Assembly: GCA_963845565.1 (NCBI GenBank)
Contig: CAWJSJ010000002.1
Coordinates: forward strand, 2,432,001-2,496,000
From: an uncultured Methylomirabilota bacterium
Lineage (GTDB): Bacteria > Methylomirabilota > Methylomirabilia > Methylomirabilales > 2-02-FULL-66-22
Direction: 5' to 3'
Length of the DNA stretch: 64,000 nt
Shown here: positions 53,931-63,384 of the stretch, one piece after another
How the letters are laid out: every line of letters starts with the position of its first letter
Position numbering within the stretch: the first letter of the stretch is position 1
Notes under the pieces: model-generated
Database searches by the model: none
Told to the model about the DNA's origin: nothing
Seen by the model: only the letters and a program-made list of their open reading frames with translations
Position numbers and translations under genes: made by a program

Positions 53931-55127
53931 TTATCGTTGAATGCGGGCGCCGTCGGTCACGCGCTCGACGCCACTGGTAATCACCTGCTCTCCGCTGGTG
54001 AGGCCCGAGAGAACTTCGATCCCGCCTGAATGCATCGCACCCGTCCGGATCAGACGGAAGCGGGCGATGCCGTCCTGGCCGACGACGTAGACGCCCTGGA
54101 GCTGGCCGCGCTCGACCACGGCCTGGCGCGCGACCTGGATGGCCTGCCGCCGGCCTGCGGGAATCCAGGCCCGGCCAAAGAGGCCGGAACGGAGTTGCGG
54201 GGAGGCGGGGAGGTCGAGTCGCACCAGGGTCGTACGGGTGGCCTGGTCGGCGGTGGGGACGATCTCGCTGACGGGGGCGGCACCGGAGAAGCCCGCGCCC
54301 TCTACCGCCACCTGTAGGGATTGACCGCGCTTGAGGCCGGCAATCTGGGAGTCGGGGACCACCGCTTCTAGCCAGTAGCGCCGGTTATCCTCCAGCGTGA
54401 GCAAAGGGGCGCCGGGCGCTGCGAGTCCTCCCACCTCGGTGTGCTTGGTTGTCACGATCCCGGCAAACGGCGCGGCGATCTTGGCGTAGCCGCGCATGAC
54501 CTGGGTGCCGGCGATCTCGGTCCGGGCGGTCTCGATTCTGGCCAGGACCTGCGCGCGTTTCGACTGGATCGCCTGGCCCTCGGCGATGGCGCGATCCACG
54601 GCCGCCGCCGCCGCTTTTTGCTGCGCGGCCACCTGGTCGTACTCTTGAGGGGCCACGGACTTGCGATCCAGCAACCGCTGATACCGGGCCAGGGTGGAGA
54701 CGGCGAGATCCCGTTGGGCCTCCGCCGCGGCCTGGCCGGCGGCCGCGGCCGCGATCCCGCGATCCACCTCGGCCATGGCCGCCTCCGCTTCGCGGAGCCC
54801 GGCCTCGGCGCGTCGCGTCTGGGCGGCGATGTCCTGGTCGTCCAACTCGATGAGGAGTTGGCCGGCTTCCACCACGCTGCCCTCGCGGACATGTACGGCG
54901 ACGATCCGCCCCACGATCTTGCTGGAGAGGGTCGTGACGGTCCGGGACCTGACGGTGCCCGTCACCTCGGCCAGGTCATCGAGGTCGGTCGCAGTCGCGG
55001 CGCCGACGGTCACGTCACGAACGACCGGTGGCTCCGCCGCCTTGGGCGGGTGCGCGGAATCCTTTCCGCAGGCGGCCAGGGATAAGGCAATCAGGGCCAA
55101 AGCAAATGCGCGCCGTGAGATGGACAT
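53931..55127 (-). CDS. RND periplasmic adaptor (MFP), lipoprotein
   Basis: Lipobox LAAC, lipoyl half-motifs, coiled hairpin, IAAPFAG. Confidence 0.92.
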   Translation of the reverse strand: MSISRRAFALALIALSLAACGKDSAHPPKAAEPPVVRDVTVGAATATDLDDLAEVTGTVRSRTVTTLSSKIVGRIVAVHVREGSVVEAGQLLIELDDQDIAAQTRRAEAGLREAEAAMAEVDRGIAAAAAGQAAAEAQRDLAVSTLARYQRLLDRKSVAPQEYDQVAAQQKAAAAAVDRAIAEGQAIQSKRAQVLARIETARTEIAGTQVMRGYAKIAAPFAGIVTTKHTEVGGLAAPGAPLLTLEDNRRYWLEAVVPDSQIAGLKRGQSLQVAVEGAGFSGAAPVSEIVPTADQATRTTLVRLDLPASPQLRSGLFGRAWIPAGRRQAIQVARQAVVERGQLQGVYVVGQDGIARFRLIRTGAMHSGGIEVLSGLTSGEQVITSGVERVTDGARIQR

Positions 55128-55130
55128 GGC

Positions 55131-56510
55131 TCAGAACCTCGCGCGGTCGAGTTGGCCCAGGCTGAGATCGAGCCGAGCCTGACTCACCGTGGCGTCGTAT
55201 AGCGTCCGGGTCAGGTTGGTGCGGGACGCCGTCAGGGCCGTCTCGCTGTCCAGCAGTTCGACGATGGTCGTGAGTCCGGCGTCGTACCGGTCCTGCACGA
55301 TGCGCAGGCTTTCCTCTGCCTGGCTGACCGCCTCCCGGGCCACCGTGATCCGCTCCCGCGCAGTCTGATGGGCCAGGAACGCATCGTGGACCTCCAGGCC
55401 GATGGCATTACCGAGGCGCTCGCGCTGGGCCATGGCCCGCTGGTGGTACGCCTGCGCCTCGACGATCCGGGCGCGATCCGCTCCGCCGTTGAAGAGGTTC
55501 AGGTTGAGGATGACGCCGACCGACCAGCTATCCTGACCGCTCCCGGCGAACCGGTTGTTATTGATCTCGTAGTTCCCCATGAGGTGCATGGATGGGAGGA
55601 GGGCCCCCTTGGTGCGGAGGACGTCCTTCTCCAGTCGCTGGACCTCCAGGTCCATCTGCCGGTAGTCCGGCCGATGGGCGCGGGCCACGTCGCCGAGCCC
55701 TTCCAGGCGGTCGTGCGTGACGGGCGGAATCTCCAGGCCGCCTGCGATCTGGTGTGGCTGCTCCAGCGGAAGGCCCATCGCCTCGTTGAGCGCGACCCGG
55801 GACAACCGGACCTGATTGGCCGCCGCGATGGCCTCTTCCTGCAAGCGCGCCAGTCGGACGCGGGCGGCCAGCGCATCCGAGGCCACCACGACGCCGGCGT
55901 CGTAGCGTGCCTCGGCTGCGGCAAGGTTGGCCTTGGCGGTCCGGACGGCCGCCGCCACCGTCGTGTGCGCTTCCCGTGAAAGCAGAACGGCGGTGTAGGA
56001 CCGGATCACGCCGAAGATGACCTCCTGTTCGGCTCGGGCACGACCGAGTTCCGCCGCGTCCCGGCCGAGCTGGGCTTGCTGGAAACCCAGGATGGTCCGG
56101 CCCCCAAGGAAGAGCGGAATGGCGCCGCTCAGGTTGGTTCGCCAGTTGGTGATGGGGTCGGGGTGGTTCAGCTTGTCCACGGCGAAGTCGGCGGAGGTGA
56201 ACCGGCCCTGGTTCAGCAGGGAGCCGAAGGCGTACACGGGGTTGTCGCTCTGGATGACGCCTTCGGAGAAGTCCACCCGGGGGAGGAAGCCGGCCCGCGC
56301 CTGCTCGACGCCGGACGCGGCCGCCGCGGCATGATACTCCGCGACGCGGAGGGCCGGGTGCTTCTCAAGGGCGGTCTTCACGGCCTGCGTCAAAGTCAAC
56401 CCTTCCGCTGACGTGATCTCGATCGAGGCAGCAGCCGCGAGTCCGGTCGAAGCGGCGAGGGACAGGCAGATGCCCAACCAACCGAAGGCGACGATTCTTG
56501 AGAAGCTCAT
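55131..56510 (-). CDS. TolC family outer membrane factor
   Basis: Signal peptide, ALEKHP, FLPRVD, RYDAG repeats; GGAG RBS before ATG 56510. Confidence 0.9.
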   Translation of the reverse strand: MSFSRIVAFGWLGICLSLAASTGLAAAASIEITSAEGLTLTQAVKTALEKHPALRVAEYHAAAAASGVEQARAGFLPRVDFSEGVIQSDNPVYAFGSLLNQGRFTSADFAVDKLNHPDPITNWRTNLSGAIPLFLGGRTILGFQQAQLGRDAAELGRARAEQEVIFGVIRSYTAVLLSREAHTTVAAAVRTAKANLAAAEARYDAGVVVASDALAARVRLARLQEEAIAAANQVRLSRVALNEAMGLPLEQPHQIAGGLEIPPVTHDRLEGLGDVARAHRPDYRQMDLEVQRLEKDVLRTKGALLPSMHLMGNYEINNNRFAGSGQDSWSVGVILNLNLFNGGADRARIVEAQAYHQRAMAQRERLGNAIGLEVHDAFLAHQTARERITVAREAVSQAEESLRIVQDRYDAGLTTIVELLDSETALTASRTNLTRTLYDATVSQARLDLSLGQLDRARF

Positions 56511-56628
56511 GATGGTCTCCGCGGGTGAGATCCCCGACACTACCCATTCGGTCCAGAACCGGCGGAAAGGGTTCATGGGAGCGAAAAGAAGGCGCAACAA
56601 GAGGGCAGGCGATCAACAAATCAAAGAA

Positions 56629-56648
56629 TATACCAAGCGGTCAGTATA
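56629..56648. promoter_or_regulatory. Palindromic operator overlapping the predicted tolC promoter
   Basis: TATACCAAGCGGTCAGTATA; minus strand TTGCAT-N16-TATATT. Confidence 0.55.
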
Positions 56649-56804
56649 ATGCAATCATGGCGTTAGCCGTTGGGTGACGCGACGCCATGGATCCATAGTT
56701 CCCGTTCCCAATGGGGACTGAACGGGGGCTTGATCGGTGCCCCGAGTCTAGCCCTGCCTCCATCCTCACGAAAGCACGATGCTGGCGCGGGGAGGGCATT
56801 CCGG

Positions 56805-56833
56805 TTGACACGCGGCGGGCCCTTCGATAGGCT
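56805..56833 (+). promoter_or_regulatory. Sigma70-type promoter for the CoA-disulfide reductase gene
   Basis: TTGACA-N17-TAGGCT. Confidence 0.6.
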
Positions 56834-57042
56834 TCCCCGCAATTCACCGAGCCCGCGTGCTTAAACGCCGATCATGCGCCGGCGGATGCGGTGTCGAGGG
56901 GATCCCGATAATCTATCTGTGGTCTGCTTAACAGCCACCCGTATGGGCCTCGATCCGACGTGCCGCTCGTCCCAAACGGGACACGGCGCTGCGGGCTCCG
57001 AAAACAGCGACCTTCTGTGCCCAACCCTCACGTGGAGTTCAC

Positions 57043-58752
57043 ATGAGCCGACAACGCGATTCTCAACCGACTCCCTTGGAGAATACCAGCCCTCCGCGTC
57101 GCGTGCTCATTGTCGGTGGCGTCGCAGGGGGTGCCTCGTGCGCCGCGCGCCTGCGGCGGCTGGACGAGTCCGTCGAGATCGTCGTGTTCGAGCGCGGCCC
57201 CTACGTCTCGTTCGCTAACTGTGGGCTGCCGTACTACGTCGGGAACGTCATTGCCGACGAGCGTGCCCTGCTGGTCGCGTCGCGCGAGATGTTTCGAACA
57301 CGCTTCAATGTCGACGTGCAGACGGAAACGGAAGTCACCGGCATCGACCGCCGCGCCTGCACGATTACGGTGCGCGACGGCCGCACCGGCACCAGCCGGA
57401 CGGAACGCTACGACGCGCTGGTGCTGTCCCCGGGCGCGGCGCCGATCCGTCCGCCGCTCCCTGGCGTGGACCTTCCCGGCGTCTTCGCGGTGCGCACCAT
57501 CCCCGACTCCCGCCGGATCCGGTCCTGGATCACCGAGCGCCACGCCACGAGCGCGGTCGTCGTCGGGGGCGGTTTCATCGGCTTGGAGATGGTCGAGAAC
57601 CTGCACCAGCGCGAACTGGCCGTGACCGTGCTGGAGAAACTCCCGCAGCTGATGCCCCCGCTCGATCCGGAGATGGCGCTGCCGCTCAGGGAGCATCTGG
57701 TCGCCAAGGGGGTGAAGCTCCAGCTGGGCGACGGACTCGCGAGCATTGAGACGCGGGATGGGGGCGGGTTGGTCGTCGTCGCCGAGAGCGGCGCGCGGTT
57801 GCCCGCAGATCTTGTCATTCTCGCCATCGGCGTGCGGCCCGAGACCGCGCTGGCCAAGGCGGCCGGCCTTGACCTCGGGCCGCGCGGCGGCATTGTCGTC
57901 GATGCGCAGATGCGGACGGCCGATCCGCACATCTGGGCCGTGGGCGATGCTGTCGAAGTGCCCGATGTGGTCACGGGTCAAGAGACCGTGCTGCCCCTGG
58001 CCGGACCGGCCAATCGTCAGGGTCGTGTGGCCGCCGAGGCGATCGCCGGGCGGGCGACGAAGTTCCGCGGGGTCCAGGCCACGGCAGTCGTGGGAGTCCT
58101 GGGCCTGACCGCCGCCTCGACCGGGGCCAGCGAGAAGGGCCTCCGACGGGCCGGCATCACGAATTTCGAAAAAGTATATCTGCATCCGGGACATCACGCG
58201 GGCTATTACCCCGGCGCGCGCCCTATTCATCTCAAGCTCCTGTTCTCGGTGCCGGACGGCCGCATTCTTGGTGCGCAAGCGGTGGGGCTCGAGGGCGTGG
58301 AGAAACGCATCGATGTCATCGCGACCGCGATTCAGTTCCGCGGCACGGTACACGATCTCGCCGAGGCCGAATTGTGTTATGCACCGCAGTACGGGGCTGC
58401 GAAAGATCCGGTGAACCTCGCCGGGATGCTTGCGGTAAATGTGCTGACAGGCGACATGCCGGTGGCTGACTGGTCGGCGCTTGCCGGCACCGATGGGGTA
58501 GTGCTCGACGTGCGCGAACCCGACGAGTTCGCCGCCGGGCACATCCCCCACGCGATCAACCTGCCGCTCTCCCAGTTGCGCGCCCGGTGCGGCGAGCTGC
58601 CCCGGGATCGCGACCTCTGGATCTGTTGTGTCGTGGGACAGCGGGCGTACTACGCGACGCGTTTCTTGGCGCAGCGCGGATATCGGGCACGGAACTTGTC
58701 TGGAGGCTATACGACGTACCTGGCACTCAAGACTTCCGGCCTGGTGCCCTGA
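57043..58752 (+). CDS. CoA-disulfide/persulfide reductase with C-terminal rhodanese domain (Cdr/Npsr-like)
   Basis: GGVAGG, SFANCGLPY, GGGFIG, ELCYAPQY, DVREPDEF..GHIP, CVVGQRAY. Confidence 0.92.
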   Translation: MSRQRDSQPTPLENTSPPRRVLIVGGVAGGASCAARLRRLDESVEIVVFERGPYVSFANCGLPYYVGNVIADERALLVASREMFRTRFNVDVQTETEVTGIDRRACTITVRDGRTGTSRTERYDALVLSPGAAPIRPPLPGVDLPGVFAVRTIPDSRRIRSWITERHATSAVVVGGGFIGLEMVENLHQRELAVTVLEKLPQLMPPLDPEMALPLREHLVAKGVKLQLGDGLASIETRDGGGLVVVAESGARLPADLVILAIGVRPETALAKAAGLDLGPRGGIVVDAQMRTADPHIWAVGDAVEVPDVVTGQETVLPLAGPANRQGRVAAEAIAGRATKFRGVQATAVVGVLGLTAASTGASEKGLRRAGITNFEKVYLHPGHHAGYYPGARPIHLKLLFSVPDGRILGAQAVGLEGVEKRIDVIATAIQFRGTVHDLAEAELCYAPQYGAAKDPVNLAGMLAVNVLTGDMPVADWSALAGTDGVVLDVREPDEFAAGHIPHAINLPLSQLRARCGELPRDRDLWICCVVGQRAYYATRFLAQRGYRARNLSGGYTTYLALKTSGLVP

Positions 58753-58815
58753 CCGACGGTTTCGCCTGAGCGCCCTCGGTGCCTTTGCGACGGGCTCGTT
58801 TTCTTCGGATTGGGG

Positions 58816-59976
58816 TTAGATCACGGGCCCGACCACGTAGATGTCCATCGACTTGGTGTAGCCGCAGATCTCGGCCTTGGTGAGCCGTCCGGAGGCGAAC
58901 TCCACCATTTCACCGAACAAACGGTGCCCGGCCGCGGGCAGGGACTCCGTTCCTTCCATGATCGTGCCCACATAGACATCCATGTGGTCCCGGAGTTTCT
59001 CCCAGGTCACGCGGTTGCCGGTGACCTTTACCACCGGGACGAACGGAAAGCCCTGCGGCGCCCCCCGCCCCGTCGCGAAGGCGATCATGGTGCATCCCGC
59101 GGCCGCCAGGCCCGTCAGGATCTCGGGCTCCCGCCCCGGGGAATCCATGACCACCAGGCCGGTGACCGTCGGGGGCACGCCGTACTCGTAGGTCGCCTGG
59201 ATCGGAGCGGTCCCGGCCTTGGCGATGGCGCCCAGCGATTTCTCCTCGATGGTTGTCAGGCCGCCCTTGATATTTCCCCCGGTCGGCTGGCCCCCGCGCA
59301 TGTCGCAGCCCATGGCCTTGGCCCGCGCCTCCATGCGGTGCACCAGGCCGAGGATTTCCGAGGCCACGGCGTCGTTCTTGGCGTGCCGGGTCAGGATATG
59401 CTCCGCCCCGATGAACTCCGTGACCTCCCCCAGGACCGAGGTTCCCCCGGCGGCGACGACGAGGTCCGACGCGATGCCCACGGCCGGATTCGCGAACAAT
59501 CCCTGGGTGGTGTCGGAGGCTCCGCACTTCAGTCCCAGCCTCAATTCGGATATCGGGCAGAGCGTGGCGGGGAGGGTCGAGGCCTCCATCACCAATTGCT
59601 GCGCCAGGAGCTGTCCGCGGGCCACGGATCGCGCGGCTCCGCCCTCTTCTTGGATCACGAGCTGCTCGACGCGCTTCCCCGCGGCGGCGATACCCTTCGC
59701 CACCTCCTCGAGGACCACGCTCTCGCAGCCCAGGCTGACCAGCAGGACGGAGGCGAGGTTGGGGTTCTTGCCCAGATTGACGAGCGTCTGACTGACCCGC
59801 GCCACATCCACCGGCGTCTGGCCGCAGCCCTGCTGATGGAGGAAGGCGGCTGTTCCCTGCACGCCGGCCGCGATGCGCTCGCTCGCCTCGTTGGCGCAGA
59901 CCACGGTGGAGAGGATCCCCACGTAGTTCCGGGTTCCCACGCGCCCGTCCGCCCGCCGGTACCCCTTAAACTCCAT
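58816..59976 (-). CDS. UxaA family dehydratase, large subunit (altronate/galactarate/sulfolactate lyase family)
   Basis: GRVGTRN, HQQGC, LGCE, LKCGASD, GGLTTIEEKSLG. Confidence 0.9.
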   Translation of the reverse strand: MEFKGYRRADGRVGTRNYVGILSTVVCANEASERIAAGVQGTAAFLHQQGCGQTPVDVARVSQTLVNLGKNPNLASVLLVSLGCESVVLEEVAKGIAAAGKRVEQLVIQEEGGAARSVARGQLLAQQLVMEASTLPATLCPISELRLGLKCGASDTTQGLFANPAVGIASDLVVAAGGTSVLGEVTEFIGAEHILTRHAKNDAVASEILGLVHRMEARAKAMGCDMRGGQPTGGNIKGGLTTIEEKSLGAIAKAGTAPIQATYEYGVPPTVTGLVVMDSPGREPEILTGLAAAGCTMIAFATGRGAPQGFPFVPVVKVTGNRVTWEKLRDHMDVYVGTIMEGTESLPAAGHRLFGEMVEFASGRLTKAEICGYTKSMDIYVVGPVI

Positions 59977-60292
59977 GGCTGGTTCCTTTCGCCTCGAGGT
60001 CGCCCCGTCCGCGGAGGCTCTCGATATTGTGGATGTGCGCGTGGGCGCCCGCCGGGATTTCCTGGGTGGCGCGGCCCATCACCTCACCGTATTTCAGGAT
60101 GTCCGTTCCCGCCGGGATGTCGGTCAGGGCGAGCTTGTGGCCGAAGGGGATTGCCTGGCGTACCTGCACCGACCGCGTGTGGTCCGCCACGCCCACCACG
60201 ATCTTTTCGCCGACGGCGAGATCCCGGAGCGCCGTCGCGACGTTATCGTTCTCGCGAATCGCGATGGCGTCGATACCAGCGTGAGATGGCAC
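59966..60292 (-). CDS. UxaA family SAF-domain small subunit
   Basis: DNVATALRDL, IPFGHKLAL, KYGEVMG, HIHNIES.RGRGD. Confidence 0.9.
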   Translation of the reverse strand: MPSHAGIDAIAIRENDNVATALRDLAVGEKIVVGVADHTRSVQVRQAIPFGHKLALTDIPAGTDILKYGEVMGRATQEIPAGAHAHIHNIESLRGRGDLEAKGTSHGV

Positions 60293-60373
60293 GTTGCCTC
60301 CTTTCCCGGCCGACCGTGGGCACCGCCGACGGTCGAGGTGTCGGCGGCGGCCGCGGTTCGGAAAAACGGTTGT

Positions 60374-60844
60374 CTAGCGTGTACGCAATGTCGCAATCAG
60401 TCGCGTCGGCATGAGGAGCAGGTCGAGGGCATCCTGGATGCGGGTTACCACGATCTCCGCGGCGCCAATCACAGCGCCGGCTGCGCCTTCCCGCCCGACC
60501 ACGGCGACCCCGAGCGCCGCCTCCCGCAACATCAGGGCATCGTTGCTGCCGTTGCCGATCGCGACAGTAGCGGCCGCGCCGAGGGTGCGAACAAAAGCGG
60601 CTTTTGCCTCGACGTGGTCGCCCGGTGGGAGGACGTGGACCCGGGCGCCCAGCCCCTCCAGTCCGGCCGCCGTGCCGAAAGTATCGGCCGTGACCACGTG
60701 GAGGTGAAGCCGCTCGCTCAGGGCGCGCAGGCGCCGCGCCACCGATTCCGGCACGCGGCCGTCGACGGCGAGCGTGCCATTCAAGTCCAGCACCAGATGC
60801 GATAACTGAATCTGCCCCCGACCTGGAACGTCCAGAACCAACAT
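60374..60844 (-). CDS. Soluble P-type ATPase-like HAD protein
   Basis: LDLNGTLAVDG, TADTFGT, AIGNGSND, RLIATLR. Confidence 0.88.
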   Translation of the reverse strand: MLVLDVPGRGQIQLSHLVLDLNGTLAVDGRVPESVARRLRALSERLHLHVVTADTFGTAAGLEGLGARVHVLPPGDHVEAKAAFVRTLGAAATVAIGNGSNDALMLREAALGVAVVGREGAAGAVIGAAEIVVTRIQDALDLLLMPTRLIATLRTR

Positions 60845-60895
60845 AGCATAACCCTGCGAGGATTGTCCGCAGCCTTCACATCCGAGCCGCCCGCG

Positions 60896-61558
60896 TTACC
60901 GCAAGGCCGCCGCGAGCCCGATGACGTCGCCTGCCGGAAGACGGGACGGAGTCGGCCAAATGCCACGCGGAAAACAGCCGCTCCGCCACCGAAGCTGCTG
61001 AAGTCGCCCGCCCAAGGCGTCTCGGACCAGGGCACGGAGCGACGCCAGCGTGTAGTCGTGCGCCTGCCCGAGGAGCGGCTGGGAGGCCTGCGGGCCGAGG
61101 CGCCGCGAGAGGCCCCCGAGACTCCGGCGGTTCAAGACCACCAGGATCAGCCCAGACCGCGCCACCCGGGCGGCCTCTGCGACAGCCTGGCGGGGGTCCC
61201 CGAGAAACTCCAGGGCGGTCACGAACAGGACCGCGTCCACGGACCGACTCCGCATCGGCAGGTGCAGGGCGTCGCCCAGCAGAGCAACGGCGCCCGGCCA
61301 GCGGCGCCGCATCGCCGCGAGCATGCCGGGCGATCGCTCGAGGCCGATTGCTTGCGTCCCGCGGCTGCGGAGCCATTCGGTGAAATGCCCCGTGCCGCAT
61401 CCGATCTCCACGACCCGATCCGCGACCGGCACCTGCCGCAGCAGCCAGGAAATCAGCGCCTGTTCCTCTCGGTCAACCCGCTGGCCCTTGGGGGTGGCGT
61501 ACCACCGCTCGTACCGGTCAGCCGTCGCGTCGAAGATGTCCCACGACATCGAGGGCAT
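60896..61558 (-). CDS. Class I SAM-dependent methyltransferase
   Basis: FD..A.RYERWY, VEIGCGTG, GDALHLP, EAARV. Confidence 0.88.
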   Translation of the reverse strand: MPSMSWDIFDATADRYERWYATPKGQRVDREEQALISWLLRQVPVADRVVEIGCGTGHFTEWLRSRGTQAIGLERSPGMLAAMRRRWPGAVALLGDALHLPMRSRSVDAVLFVTALEFLGDPRQAVAEAARVARSGLILVVLNRRSLGGLSRRLGPQASQPLLGQAHDYTLASLRALVRDALGGRLQQLRWRSGCFPRGIWPTPSRLPAGDVIGLAAALR

Positions 61559-61560
61559 CC

Positions 61561-61803
61561 CTAAATCGGGCACGCGTTCGAGACGGTCACCGTCATCACG
61601 ACATGGCCGGTTGCGGCCGCGCGGAGGAAGGACGCCTTGAGCGCGTCGAAGAGCACGCCGGCTTCGCCGGTCACGAGCGTGCTCATAGGCCCAGGCGTGA
61701 CGGCCAGGGCACCGGCGGCCAGGACGGCCTGCATCTCCCGAATCGCGGGGGACAACCGATCCTGGCGAAGCGGGTACAAACTGATCTGGGCGCTGACATC
61801 CAT
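61561..61803 (-). CDS. YkoF/thiamine-binding family small protein
   Basis: SAQISLYPL, GPMSTLVTG, SNACP; GAGGAG RBS. Confidence 0.8.
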   Translation of the reverse strand: MDVSAQISLYPLRQDRLSPAIREMQAVLAAGALAVTPGPMSTLVTGEAGVLFDALKASFLRAAATGHVVMTVTVSNACPI

Positions 61804-61941
61804 GGCGCATGGCTCCTCGGGCAGGACGAGGGCCGAGACGCGGTTGACGGCGCCTCGGCTCTGGGTCCGTCGCCTATCCCCCTCGCACGCTGACATCTCT
61901 GCCTGTGTGATCCACGACTCCGATTTCGCTTCAGGGATCGT

Positions 61942-62136
61942 TTAGCAGGCTGCGACGCCCCCTTTCGACCAGGCCGCTCAAAACGGTCCAGGTGCCAGGC
62001 GGCACGCCGGAGGCGGGGTACCCAGCACCGCTGGGTCCAGGCGTACTGGAAGTACGTCGCAGCGAGTGCCGAGGCGAGCGGGGTACCCGTCCGCAGATGG
62101 GTCACCGCAGATGGGCCGTTTTCAGCGGCCTGCTAG
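61942..62136 (+). repeat. MITE-like repeat family B, copy 5 (with internal insertions)
   Basis: TTAG-CAGGCTGC...GCAGATGGGCCGTTTTCAGCGGCCTG-CTAG. Confidence 0.82.
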
Positions 62137-62687
62137 AGCCCCTTGCGGTCCAGCCAGACGAGCAACGCCCCACAGCCGACGACCATGGGGATGATGACCA
62201 CCCAGTGGTTCACCCCCAGGAGGCCGGGGAGCGTGAGTTTTCCGTACGCCCCGACCTTCAACAAATTGTTCTGGATCAGCGGATACACCTCCGAGTACAG
62301 CCCTGCACCGATCAGGATTCCCAGGATGCCGCGCAGCAACCCATCCACTCGACCCTCACCGAGGGCCCCGGCGCACGTGCCGGGTCAGAACCCGAGGAGC
62401 AGCATCCCGATGCCGAAGATCACTCCGCCCAGGATGTTCGCGGTGAGGATGGTCGGCTTGATGTGCAGGTTGACGAGCCCGAAATCCTTGAGGAGATAGA
62501 CTCCCACCATTCCGGCCAGGATCCCCCCGAACATGACCTTGAGGACGGTCAGGTCCGTGAGCCGGAAGAAGGCCACGATCTTGTCGTAGCGCGTGACCTG
62601 CGCCTTTTGCAGAATGAACCCGAAGGCGATACCCGTCGCCAGCCCAAGAATCAGGCGGGCATTCCCCGTGATCTCTAGTGGTCCCAT
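62133..62687 (-). CDS. YeeE/YedE sulfur-compound transporter subunit (PmpB-like), predicted selenoprotein (UGA at 62385-62387)
   Basis: GGVIFGIGMLLLGF-UGA-PGTCAGALGEG matches the family G-x-C-P-G motif and homology continues in frame after the UGA. Confidence 0.85.
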
Positions 62688-62689
62688 GC

Positions 62690-63211
62690 TCAGGCCCTCC
62701 GGAAGATCAGGCGCGCGGCGAGGATCCCCGCGGCCATCATGGCGATCAAGAAAAGGAATCCGCTTGCGGCAAGCTGCAGGCCCCCACTGAGCCCGTGGCC
62801 GCTCGTTCACCCATCGGCGAAGCGGGCGCCGAATCCCACCAGGATCCCGCCGAGGATTCCGAGGGCCCATCGCCGGCCAACGCTCGTGCCAAAGCGGTTC
62901 ACCCAGGCCTCGGGAAGCTTCGTGGTGAAATGCACCGTGCCTCGGCTCAACCTGGCCGCCAGGTAGGCTCCGACGGGGATGCCCAGCACGAGCAGGAACT
63001 GCCAGTCCACGATGGGTTTGGTAGCCTTGTAGTAGGCGTTCTGCGCCACGTGCTCCGGCGCCACCACGCTCAGAGCCATCCCCGCCGCCCGCGAGAACGT
63101 CGTAGAGGTCCCGAGCGAAGTGTTGGCGGTGTAGAAGATGACCATGCTGAGGAGGCCCAGGAGCAACCCCGCCTGCCACCAGGGCCACTCCGTCTTGCGG
63201 AGCCAGTTCAT
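62690..63211 (-). CDS. YeeE/YedE sulfur-compound transporter subunit (PmpA-like), predicted selenoprotein (UGA at 62807-62809)
   Basis: GFGARFADG-UGA-TSGHGLSGGLQLA matches the family GAR.A.GCTSGHG motif; readthrough ends 2 nt before the next ATG. Confidence 0.85.
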
Positions 63212-63384
63212 AGGCTACCCTCCTTCGTTTAGGAAATCAGACCCGGGCGATATCCATCCGCCGGCCGATCCGGCGTGGAGTGGTTCAAGAATAGTCGTTG
63301 CCGTTTTCGAGCGCAAGCGGCTATCGAATGATCCACACCGGGAGCCCGTCGATTTGCTTGGTAGGCGTCAGCGATGATCTCCAC

